From: Mobula hypostoma
Lineage: Eukaryota
Direction: 5' to 3'
Assembly (NCBI RefSeq): GCF_963921235.1
Contig: NC_086097.1
Location: 207,144,001-207,208,000 of the forward strand
DNA length: 64,000 nucleotides
The translations under genes were made by a program, and so were the position numbers. The notes beneath the pieces were generated by a model, which was given only the letters and a program-made list of their open reading frames with translations, was not told the origin of the DNA and made no database searches. Each line of letters opens with the position of its first letter. Position 1 is the first letter of the stretch. Below are positions 51,692 through 62,835 of the stretch, one piece after another.

Positions 51692-52216
51692 TGAGGAGTG
51701 ATTGATTAGTTCGTGGCCTAAGGTAGAAGGAGTCAATTTTAGAAAACCTAGCACATTTATTTTTCAGTATAGTCCCCTCCTACATTTATACACTTAGCCC
51801 AGCAGTCGTGGAGCTTACGGATCCCTTCTTTGTAGAAGTCGGCATCTTGGACCTCCAGAAAGTGGTCCACAGCTGGGATGATTGATACTTTTGTAGCCTA
51901 AGGTAGAAGAAGATGAGTTATACAGCTCTCGTTACATGCACATGCAGTTCAGCTCTTTGAGTGATTATGCAGAAAGTTTGAAATTAATAACTCATCTCCT
52001 TCTACCTCAGGCCACGAACGTATCAGTCACCCCTGCTGTGGACCACTTTCTGGAGGTCCAAGATGCTGACTTCTACAAAAAAGGGATCCGTATGCTCCAT
52101 GACCACTAGACTAAGTGTGTAAATGTAGGAGGGGACTATGTTGAAAAATAAATGTGCTAGGTTTTCTAAAATTGACTCCTTCTACATTAGGCCACAAGCT
52201 TATCAATCACCCCTCG
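51692..52216. mobile_element. Palindromic mariner-derived MITE (copy 2; spacer opposite in orientation to copy 1)
   Basis: TA TSD (51690-51691 / 52217-52218); same four-TIR palindromic architecture as 43866-44389. Confidence 0.92.
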
Positions 52217-52576
52217 TATACCTAATGTCAGGCTGGTTAAAATGGTGAAGAGTAAACAGTTATGTGGAATAGGTAGCCAGAAAAGTATCAGGAAATATAT
52301 TTTCCAAATATATGTAAATGCAGTAGGAAACAACAGTTGGCATCATAGCGATCAAAATCCCTTAGGACAATTGTTATCCATTTTGGTGCAGATAATTACT
52401 TTCACTCAGTGACATCTGTAAACAATATACTGTTGTAGATTAGTCACTCATAGAAGATCAATGCCCAGCAGCAATAATCCAAAACAGCATTTATCTACTT
52501 TTCTACATAAGGATTCTCTCCTTATTGTATTATATTTACAAAAATAATCAATTATGGACAAATAAAGTGTACTTAC

Positions 52577-52657
52577 AAGCTGGTGTGGAACAATCCCTTG
52601 TGTTATAATAGAGACGCTGAAATTGTTTACTGCACTCAGATGAGAATGAGATTGGTC
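52577..52657 (-). CDS. ALKAL1: ALKAL1 exon 3 (81 bp): (G)[26 protein letters not shown]
   Basis: Acceptor ...ATCAAGCAG, donor GTAAGT, phase 1-1, conserved augmentor motif. Confidence 0.96.
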
Positions 52658-52785
52658 CTGCTTGATAAATTGAAAGAGGTAACTAATGAGATAAATAAGA
52701 ATGTTCCTGTCACAAGTAAATGTATTATAATTGTAAAACATCATGATTATGCTCTGTGAGTGTGCTTAAATAAAATGGTTCATAC

Positions 52786-52839
52786 CTGTGAAATGCTTTA
52801 AAAACTTCCCTTTCACATTGGGGTCTCTGTGGACAACCT
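52786..52839 (-). CDS. ALKAL1: ALKAL1 exon 2 (54 bp): (E)VVHRDPNVKGKFLKHFT
   Basis: Acceptor TTTTCCTCCTCAG, donor GTATGA, phase 1-1; 128-bp intron to exon 3. Confidence 0.95.
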
Positions 52840-55699
52840 CTGAGGAGGAAAATTGAGATTACTTATCAGTGCTAATATTTGTTATCTTAATCTGAGTTAC
52901 AGAATTCAAATATAATTTCTTCGATATACAGTACACTTTCATTATTTCAAATAAAAATATCAAAACTTTGAAAACATTTTAAGGCACCTTTACATTGAGA
53001 CTTGTAAAGTCATAGAGTCATGTATGCATATGAGTCCACATGTTTCTGCCTACAAATGCCATAATTATATTTTGGACCATGAGATAGCCATGCAGATGGA
53101 CACAACTTCTCTGCAATAATTCTTGGGCTATCCTTTCAAGTAGATTAAATTGAAGTATTAACAAATTAAGGAAGTTTTAGCATACTGTGCGTTTGAGTCT
53201 CTTCCTTAACAATGTGTTAATTTCCTATTTACTGTAAACTGTTCCATTCAGACAAAAGTTTGACAATAAAACTGTTAATGTTTCTGCATTAAAGTAATAT
53301 TGAAGTATCTTTGTGCTTCCATAATTATGTAATCAATGGAGGATAGGCATTTAATCATGCCATTTTATACTCGATCTGTTTCTATAGTTGGAGCAGGTTC
53401 ATTCAGAAGTTGGCCATATCTGAAAAAGTTTAAGTAGTTTGCCGTAAATAGAAAATATGCAGCCAATGGCCAAAAGAGGTCTCATGTCGCTGCTTTGGCA
53501 AGGAACACAGGTTGATTGATAAGAAGCTGATAATATGGTGACAGTTTATTTGTACAATCAAGATCAGAACGACTCTATTGATCTTTCTATGCAAATAAAT
53601 TCAACCAAAAGAAAATGAATTTCAGCAAGGGAATGCCTGATATTGCCAAAGGGATAATTGTGGTTTCCTGTGACAAGTATTGGCAAGGATTTTTACTCAA
53701 AAGCACTATGTGCTAAAACATCTTCACTATTATTTAAATTTAATCTACCAGCCCAAGAACTACTGTAGAGAAGTTGTGTCTATCTGCGTGGTTGTCTCAT
53801 GATCCAGAATATAATTATGGCATTTGTAGGCAGATACATGCAACATCATGTGCATGTAGAAGGTCTAAAATAAGGGATAACTGAAAAATTCCAAAAATCC
53901 AGATTTCTGAAATCATCAGAAAACCTCAGTGAGTTGTTTATACATCTGTGTACCATTCAAGCAGCAGCTGCAAATGCTTTCAATAATAAATTTCAGAAAA
54001 AAACAGAGCGAGGATTATCTCTTTGTCAAATTAAAAATACAAAGTGATTGTATATATTAAAGTATTGATGACATCTTATTTTTACTTATCCACTTCTAGA
54101 GCACACATCTAGAAAAGTGAGCTGACATTGAAATAAAACATGGAAGAGGGCGCTATTGTCACAAGTTTGCAATTTATTATTATCAAATATAACTTGCAAG
54201 CTGGCTGTCATTAAAGTCATCATTTTGAGTACTGTGTGTAATTTGATATGTTGAAGAAGAAAACATCATTATATAAAATCATTATGATTAGCACAGTAAA
54301 GAAAAACCTCACAGGGAAAATGACTTTTTTTCAACATGCAACTAGGCCATGAAGTACTGTGTGCTTATGTTGGTACAAGTTGAAAGAAAATGGCTGAGTT
54401 TCCAGAGAATGACACAACTCCAATGCACAAACTCCTCTTGTGGCATCAGAACCAAAATATACCAATTCAAAAAGGTTCCCCTGTCCTTGTTCAGACCTTT
54501 TCACTGTGAAGAACGGGACACAAAACTGGATCCTGCCACAAATTCCATCATCCAGTCCCCAGATGACATAGACCAAGGTGGCATACTTTCAGCTATAAAG
54601 ATATCAGCAAAACTTACATTATATAAATCAGACTATATTGTCTTTCTTGATAGTTACTCAATTATCTTTAGTAAGCAAACTTATCCATTAGTGAACTAAA
54701 ACATTTCATACAATGGCAAGGATTTTTATGTCCAAAACTATCATTACATTTCATTTAAATATGAATCACAAATTTCATGCCAAATATTCATCTTTATCCC
54801 TCTTGTATTGTCAACTATGAAAAGTAGTGTGCCACAAAAAGGACATGTTCTTTAGTTGATATTTTTTGGGATCTGAATTCTTGTGCAGGGTGAGCAGGAT
54901 CCCAGCAATTTCCCTATCAGGAGCCCAAAATATTCAGAATTTGACTCTACATATTTCTTTTAAAGTTGTTGGTCTGCCACACAGATCTCCCTCCCTGCCC
55001 AACCCATAAGAAAAAGGTGAGGAGAACTTGAACGATTATGCCTCAATATCCCTCAAAGTAGCTCTGTAAGAAGCATTTTTGAAAAGTCATTTCATAAGGA
55101 CTTAGACACCCAAAGAACCTGAAATGAAATAACATCCTGTATAAAGGCAATGTGTTCCAGAGAGATCAACTTCCTCACGCCCGAAGGAAATTTACTCATT
55201 TCTGGCATTTAATTTTTAAGACTATCACTGCTTACATTTTCTTCAGATCAGGAAAACTGTGAGTGACAAAGAAATGCTAGGTCAACTCTCCCTTAAAAGG
55301 CCAGATTAGAATATGAATCCTCTTGCAGACACCAGTGACTCACTACAACAATGCATTTGACTATGCTGTTGGAATGTTGGAGATGCTTGACAGCCAAGAA
55401 TGTGAGCCACTCTTCCATCACCGGATAAATCCCTGTGGAATTTTCATTCCTGAGGACTTGGATAGCAAGTGCCCATAATCTTTGAAATAATCTTGTCGCA
55501 TCAGAGGCTAGTAGGATGTCCAACAACCTGTACCAATTGCTTTCAACAAACTTTGGCTTCTTACAACATGAGGTATGATTATGCTGGCACTTCTTTAATC
55601 TGTGTAGAATGAAGACTGTTTTTTACCTTGAAGCAGAAATGGGAAGAATGACTCTTTCAAAACTTGTGCTTGGATTTAACATGAAAAGCAAATTAATAG

Positions 55700-56255
55700 T
55701 CAGTGGTGGAGGCAGATACACTAGTGAAATTTAAGAGACTTACTAGACAGGTATATGGAGGAATTTAAAGTTGGGGGAGTTATATGGGAGGCAGGGTTTA
55801 AGGATCAGCACAAAATTGTGGGCCAAAGGGCCTGTACTGTGCTGTACTGTTCTATGTTCTAATGCAGACAAACTGGATGGAACTGGACTCTCTCACGATG
55901 GTGTCTGAAAAGAGGATGCTGTCTAAGTTGCATGCCATCTTGGTCAATGTCTCCCATCCACAACATAATGTACTGGGTGGGCACAGAAGTACATTTAGCC
56001 AGAGACTCATTCCTCCGAGATGCAACACAGAGCATCATAGGAAGTCATTCCTGCCTGTGGCCATCAAACTTTACAACTCCTCCTTGGAGGGTCAGACACC
56101 CTGAGCCGATAGGCTGGTCCTGGACTTATTTCATAATTTACTGGCATAATTTACATATTACTATTTAACTATTATGGTTTTATTACTATTTATTATTTAT
56201 GGTGCAACTGTAATGAAAACCAATTTCCCCCGGGATCAATAGTATGACTATGAAT
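55700..56255 (+). mobile_element. CR1 3' tail (~55700-55861) abutting a Rex1-type LINE 3' end (~55862-56255)
   Basis: GGGCCAAAGGGCCTGTACTGTGCTG tail; SHPQHNVL...RLIPPRCNTEHHRKSFLPVAIKLYNS. Confidence 0.75.
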
Positions 56256-56466
56256 AAATGGTATTTTCCCAGTTTCTCAAGTGTTTTAAATTTGGTAGGT
56301 TCAGTAAATTGATATTCCATTGACAACAGTAAGATTTACTTAAATTCCCTTTCCATTGAGATGTTATGAACAACAATCTGTACTAAAATATCCTGTTTGT
56401 CCAAAGGATCTATTAGTGACAAAATCAAAATAAGCTGACATTCTTTGGTAAGTTTATTGCCAGTTA

Positions 56467-57043
56467 CACTCAGTGGCTACTTTATTAAGAACACCTGTAC
56501 AGCTGCTCATTAATGCATATATCGAATCAGTCAATTACGTGCCAGCAACTCAAAGTATAAAAGGATGCGGACATGGTCAAGAGTTTCAGTTGCTGTTCAG
56601 ACCAAACATCAAAATGAGGAAGAAATGTGATCTAAGTGACTTGTACTGTGGAAATGATTATTGGTGCCAGACAAATTGGCTGGAGTACCTCCGAAACTAC
56701 TGATCTCCTGGGATTTTCACACACAACAGTCTTTAGAGATTACAGAGAATGGTGCAAAAAGACAAAAATATTCAGTAAGTGAGAGTTCTGTGGGTGAAAA
56801 CACCTTCTTAATGAGAGGGGTCAACGGAGAATGGCCAGACTGATTCAAGCTGACAGAAAGGAGACAATAACTCAAAAAACTGTGCTTTACAACAGTGGTA
56901 TGCAGAAGAGCATCTCTGAATACACAATATGTCAATCCTTGAGGTGGATGGGCTACAGCAGCAGAAGACAATGAACATACAGAAATACACACAGTGGCCT
57001 CTTTATAGGTACTTCCTGTACACAATAAAGTGGCTACTAAGTG
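56467..57043 (+). mobile_element. Non-autonomous Tc1-like DNA transposon
   Basis: TA + CACTCAGTGGCTACTTTATT ... AATAAAGTGGCTACTAAGTG TIRs; paired-like N-terminal transposase relic KKCDLSD..MIIGARQIGWSTSETTDLLGFSHTTV. Confidence 0.85.
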
Positions 57044-58064
57044 CAAATTCCATATCTTAGTGGATTTATAATGTTAACCAGTATAAAAGGGAAGGAGGAA
57101 ATAGTAACACTAAAATGATGTAAAATCATGTATTAGCTTATAATCAAGAAGCGTGTAAATAATAAGTTTTATGATATCCAGCTTGGTTCTGAAGATAATT
57201 GAAAAGGGCATGGTAAGAAGTTTCAGTAAATCAGAATGTGCAAGCCACATTAAATCATGCTGTCATTCTCCAGAAGTTTAAAATGTAGCACTAGTGTAAT
57301 TTCAAGTTGCAATTCTTTATTGGCAGCCTTTATTTATCTAAACATAGATCCATAGGGTTTTTTGTTTACTAGATTGTACTAAATAAGGGTTAGTTGAGTT
57401 ATTAAGCCTGAAATCTAGATCTTCCTGGTAGGTTTATTTCAAGCAAGGTAATTGCTGCATTTTTTAATTGTGTTCAAAGACCACAATCTGTCTGCAGCCC
57501 AGATCAACTCTTACAACCAGAAATCTGAGGTGCACTCGAATGAAATAATTTGTCCTGTGGGTAGATGAGCACATGACCCTGAAAAGGTTTCCCACTGTTA
57601 CAAGAGCTAAGCAGGGCCAGCTTCCATCTCAGTTATTTTCATGTTTATCAAAACAGATCAGTTACTTCCACTAAGCCAACATAAAATCAAAATTTGAATT
57701 TAACCTGTTTTAAGACCGTACACAGTAAATACTAACGTGAAATAATAGACAGTAATAAAATATTTTAATATGTTAACTCTTGATAAATCAATTTGTTTGG
57801 AAACTGCTTCTCATGAATTCTTGCGAGATATATTAGAAGAGCACTGAAGCATATTTTCCCCGGGCAAAAACATCATCTGATTTAGGATTATACACGACCT
57901 GACGATTTCGAACCGGAACCTTTTATGCATGGAGTGTCCTAAATTCTCACATGAAAGATAGAGTTAAACATGTCGATCTACGTATGGTAACCGGGATTAA
58001 CGTGCCCAGCTTAATGCTAGGAGGCAGGTGATCCGCACCCAGGAGCCTTTCACTTTCTCCTTAC

Positions 58065-58323
58065 CTATTGGTTTTTCCAGCCTTGGGACAAACACGGCTT
58101 TTTCTTTAGTGAACTTCTTGTAGTCTTGATCCAGGGCATAGAAAGTATCGTATCGCTTAACCGTGTTCCTCCGCCCGTTATTGCTGTCTGCCACGCCTTT
58201 TAAGATGAGGTCTAAAGGTGATTGTTTCGCTTTCTGCCTGGTCTCTGCTCTGCCTTCACAGTGACCCGCAGTGACCAAAAGAAGGGCGATGCCCAGCAAA
58301 GTGTTCCATCTCCGTCGGCCCAT
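58065..58323 (-). CDS. ALKAL1: ALKAL1 exon 1 coding part (signal peptide + variable region, 86 codons + 1 nt)
   Basis: Kozak GAGATGG; MGRRRWNTLLGIALLLVTAGHCEG signal peptide; donor ATAG|GTAAGG in phase 1, joining exon 2 in frame. Confidence 0.92.
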
Positions 58324-59100
58324 CTCTACATAAAGGAAAAGTCGATAAAAGATTAACATTCTGTTCAGAAGTACCAGGGCAACTCCGTCCTGCCTTCTAA
58401 ATCCTGCCGAATGGACTGCTGACAGAAAGTGCTCCAGTCTTGCTCGCGAGGGGATTTAAAGCCGCGTGTACAACAACTAGAGCGCTATTGCAAAGTGGCC
58501 GTTTTTTAAAATAAGGCTCATTAGATCAAATCTAAAGCTGCTCATCACGGGATGTGGAGGTGTCACAAGCACAATTCACTTTCCACATTCTTGAGTTTTA
58601 ACCCGTTTTACATCATGCGAGTATGTCCATCCCTCCCTTAAAACATATTTCCTTCCAGACGTAATATCTCGTTAGGTCACGTTATAGAAATGGATTAGGA
58701 AAGGTATTGCCAAAGCAGCACATTGCAATCCAGGCTTTAGTTCGGATCTACTTTGCACACACATCACAGAATTCATTTAGCAAGTTGAAGGGGGTTTTAG
58801 GAGTTAGAAAGCGATGCAGAAACAATGCCGAATTTAGACGAAAATTTGCCATGACATTTTGGATGTTTGCATTTGTTCGATGAAATCACCGTGTATATCT
58901 AAAGAAATGCGCGTTTGGCGAGACATTATAGTGTTCTAACAAATCGGTCAAAATAACTCAACCGATATAGCTACTCAAAATATAACCGGATTAAATTCGA
59001 AGGCTAAAGCGAGTGGATATCGTCCGTATACAATACTTCCTATGTTATTAATATTGAATTCGGAAAAAAATGAAAAGTAAAGCACAGGCTCACCTGAATG
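58324..59100 (-). promoter_or_regulatory. Putative ALKAL1 5'UTR/promoter; CpG-enriched, TATA-like TTTAAAT at 58460-58454
   Basis: Visibly higher CpG density than the flanking unique DNA; TATA-like box about 130 bp upstream of the ATG. The TSS is inferred. Confidence 0.5.
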
Positions 59101-59636
59101 TCAAGCTATTGCCTCCAAGCTATCTTTAAAATACTGAGACGGTAAATAAATTCAGATAAAATATCTTCTCGAATCTTCAAATACCTTTTTAAATTACGTG
59201 CAAATAAATGTTCTGGGTGACATGCACAGCGCTCTGTATCGATCCATCCATACACCAGTCTTATATACATGGAGCAAGCGTGACAGTATCGACTTCAGGT
59301 GGGTGGCAAGTAATGGAAACATCCTCTGGTAATCTTTTTCCAAGTTAACCTCTGGCGCACATCTTCATCCCGGTGGATTGTAACAGAAGCCCATCAATTA
59401 ATAATAGTTCTGCAATCTCCCATATGAGCAAAAAGACTCTGTCTAGTTACTTGTAAATCTGTCAGTGCTGGGTATGCCATGCTGTGAGAGGATTATGTTC
59501 ACAATTTTGGGATTCCCTAAAAGCTGCTGACGTCAAGGGCTGTCTGCTGCTGTCTGCAGAGCCTTCCTGTTCTCACTCTGTATTTGAAATATGAGAGACA
59601 TTCGGAAAAAGAAGTTTAACACCTTCTTCAAGGCCG

Positions 59637-60085
59637 TCTACAGATGCTGGAAATGACACAATGATGGAGGACTTCAGCTAGTCAGACAGTATCTATGGAG
59701 GGAAATAAGCAGTCGAAGTTTCTGCCCGATACCTTTCATCGGGACTGAAAAGGAAGGGGACGGGAACCAGAATAAGAAGGTGCGGGAGGGGTGGGAATGA
59801 AAGGTGGCAGGTGAGAGGTGAGACCAGCGATGGGGAAAATAGGTGGCTGGGGTTGAGGGAGGGGGGGAATGAAGTAGGAAGCTGAGAGGCGATAGATGGA
59901 GAAGAAGGAATCTGATAGGAGAGGACAGTAGACCAGGGAATAAAGGGAAGAAGGTGAAGGCCAGAAAGAGGTGATGGGCAGGTGAGGGGAAGAGAATGGT
60001 GAAAGAGTAACAAGAAAGGGGAATGGAAAAGAGAGAGTGGAGGAGAGAGAAATTTCCAGAAGTTAGGGAAATCAATGTTCATGCT
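59637..60085 (-). mobile_element. Older Penelope-like 3' end with a degenerate hammerhead (59710-59747)
   Basis: Minus-strand SMNIDFPNFW, pyrimidine tract, CAGTC-CCGATGA-...-GAAACTTC-GACTG. Confidence 0.75.
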
Positions 60086-60089
60086 ACCC

Positions 60090-60515
60090 AGGAGATGTTC
60101 CTCCTCTAACCTTGAAATCATTAGTTTCAAGATAATTATGGGCAAGGATTGGTCTGGTCCTTGGGTTGAGATTCTAAATTGGAGAAATATCAATTTTGAT
60201 GGTGTCAGAAAGGATCTGGCAAGCATGGATTGGGACAGGCTGCTTTCTGGCAAAGGTGTGCTTGGTAAGTGGGAGGCTTTCTAAAGTGAAGTTTTGAAAG
60301 TCACTAAGTTTGTATGTTCTTGTCAAAATAAAAGGCAAGATTAAGAAGAAGGAGGTGCATAGCAGGTATGGGCAGGAAGGAGCAAATGAGGTACTTGAGA
60401 AGAGTAAGAAATACAGGAGAACACGTAAGAAGGAAATCAGGAGGATTAAAAGAAGGCATGAGGTTGCTCTACTCGACAAAGTGAAGGAGAATCCTAAGGG
60501 CTTCTACAGATATGA
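60090..60515 (+). mobile_element. CR1 ORF2 internal fragment
   Basis: VEILNWRNINFDGVRKDLASMDW, KVKENPKGFYRY. Confidence 0.7.
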
Positions 60516-60966
60516 GCATAGAACCTTGGGATAGAATTCATTTACTTGAGTGAGAATTTACTTGAGGGGTAAAGGCATTTTTAAATTAAATTTCATTATT
60601 TAAGTTTATATAATTCTGTTAAATGATTTAGTAGTTAATAAGTCTTCAAGCCCCAGTAAGCTTTAGTTTCTCATTTTTTTAATAAATAATAACATTTTAA
60701 AACTTTAACAGATTTTCTATAGTCAAAAGCATGCAAAGTTTAATTGACAACTAGCTAAGTTCTGTTACCTGCATTGCAATCAAACAGACTTAAATTAATC
60801 ACTAGTGAATGCCCAGTTTTGGTGTGCAACTGATTTAGTAGCTGATCTAATCACAGAGCAACTTAAAAGAAGCTGACAATATCCACACATTGACTTCAGG
60901 CATGGCTTCCAGTAAAGCACCTTGCCTTTATGGTCCCTTTACTTTGGCCTACTTTGTAAAATACTG

Positions 60967-61911
60967 TGTTACGTACCCCGTAACTGGGTTGCCAAACCAG
61001 CAGAAATGGATCACTCAGTTGGAGTCTGGATTACTAGAACTAAGAAAGTTTTATTAAACAAACAAGCAACACAGTAATCGAAAGGATAATAAATGCAACA
61101 GTTCAGCAATGATAAACCCACATGTGCACAGAATTAAGATAACAGCATCAATCAAGCTCTATCGTTGTCTAGGGATAAATGACCAATTTCAAAGTGACAC
61201 AAAGTTCAGTCCAATTTAGTAGTTCAGTTCGCAGTAATCGTTGCCATGGCGATGGACAACGTGGGGGGGGAGAGAGAGAGAGAACGGGAATGACTGATCA
61301 TTCAGACACGGCTTCCACTCACAGACCGGCGATATTGCTTACAAGCAGCTTTCCGTGCGGGTCCTTTGTGATGTCACCTGAGGTCACCGACTGTGACCCC
61401 TCCTCCAGATGCGGTCGATCCTCTGCAGTGAACCCGGCACCCAAGCGAGGGTGGACACACACCGGGTTCCCACTGATCGTACCTTGCCACCCTGTGCGTT
61501 TAAGGTCCGGTACTTCCCACCGACTCATGAGAGGCGCACCACTTCCAGGGTCTCGTTACCTCGGGTGTCGTGTGTGTCTTACCTTAGCGAACCTGTCCCT
61601 TTTTATCTCCCTGATGGGGTATCGCCTGTCCATCACTTCAAACAGTTCAGGGTTCAAAGGGGGAGCCGCTCCAGACAGCTCTCTCTCCCGTCCCTTCATT
61701 ACACATCTCCAGATCACCTGTCCATCACTTCAAACAGTTCAGGGTTCAAAGGGGGAGCCGCTCCAGACAGCTCTCTCTCTCCCGTCCCTTCATTACACAT
61801 CTCCAGATGCTGTTTCATTGTGTTCCTTATCTCTCTCTTGAAGACAGGTGGCAGACCAACTGCTGATCACACAGGACAGCTAACATCTTATCTATGTGTA
61901 TTCTTGTCACA
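60967..61911 (-). mobile_element. Solo LTR (945 bp) of the Gmr1-like Gypsy family
   Basis: Reverse complement of 2466-3295; TG...CA termini; perfect 4-bp TSD ACTG (60963-60966 / 61912-61915); internal 92/94-bp tandem duplication. Confidence 0.93.
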
Positions 61912-61947
61912 ACTGGTACTTTTCTTCTACAAGGAAGTCACAGGGAG

Positions 61948-62775
61948 TGTGTAGGACTGTTGAATGGCACCAAAATGGCTGTTATTCGGCATGGAGACGG
62001 CAGATCAAAGGTCAGTGCCACGGCAGGAGATCAGTGTGTCAAGGTTCCACCGTTTGCCACTACCTAGCGTTGGGAACTGTCTTGTCGTGTTCAGCATTTT
62101 GTGTAGAGCCCCAGCCCCAAGTCCTGTTCCCAAGGAGGAGTCCTGGCTCTGTGTTCTGTGTATGAGTCCCGGCCCTAAGTCCTGTTCCTAAGGAGGGGTC
62201 CCGGCTCTGTGTTCCATTTCCCTGTATTCCTGTCTCTCAAGTCCAAGGCTCCGTGTTCCTGTGCTCTAGACCAAGGCTCTGTGTTCTGTGTTCCTGTTGT
62301 CCCAAGTCCAAGGTTCCGAAGTTCCTGTCATTCCAAGTCCAAAGCTCGGCTGTTCCTGAGTACCAAATCAAGGCTTCATGTTCTCGTCCTGTCCATGTGC
62401 CTCGTCCTGTGCTGGAGTTCCCTTGTCTTGCTCAGGAGTCTCTCGTTCTGTCCTGTAGCCTCGCCTAGTCCTGTTTCCCAAGACCACGTCATGTCTTCTC
62501 CTAGTTTCGGAGTCCAAGCCCGAGTCAAGACCCAGGCTCTGGGTCCTCGTCCAGTCTCTGGCTTGGAGTCCAAGGCCAGACTCCTAGTTCCCAGTTCCAT
62601 GTCCTGATCCTGCTTGCCTAGCCAATGTCCTAGCCCAAGTCTGTGTTCTTGTTCCAGCTACTAGTCTGCATCCAGTCACGTCCCTAAATCTAGTCCTGTC
62701 CTGTTCCTAGTACTTCAGTGTCTGTGTCTTGCATTTGGGTCCGCTCCCAGCATCCCCCCCCCCCATCTTATGACA
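61948..62775 (+). mobile_element. Probable solo LTR of another Gypsy family, with degenerate internal tandem repeats
   Basis: TG start; ends TGCATTTGGGTCC...TGACA; flanks GGGAG / GGGGG (5-bp TSD, one mismatch); recurring GTCCTGTTCC and AGTCCAAGGC units. Confidence 0.5.
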
Positions 62776-62835
62776 GGGGGCACTCTTCTGTTTACGTGGA
62801 TGGTTGTGAAGAAAAAGCATTTCAGGATGTAGATT

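Larger units (their letters stand above)
15555..58430 (-). other. ALKAL1: ALK and LTK ligand gene locus (ALKAL1/FAM150A-like), 5 exons, about 43 kb; TSS and poly(A) site approximate
   Basis: Four coding exons splice in frame to a 152-aa secreted protein ending [54 protein letters not shown], the four-cysteine augmentor domain. Confidence 0.9.

Noticed and set aside
55293..55600. Possible extra ALKAL1 exon or ORF in intron 1
   Set aside because: No recognisable homology, it ends in a stop, and exons 1 and 2 already join in frame.
57997..58359. 120-aa single-exon ORF as a complete protein
   Set aside because: It is exon 1 read through the GTAAGG donor at 58064; the spliced product continues in exons 2-4.
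62100..62720. CRISPR-like repeat array
   Set aside because: Repeats are degenerate, irregular and lack unique spacers; eukaryotic context with no cas genes.
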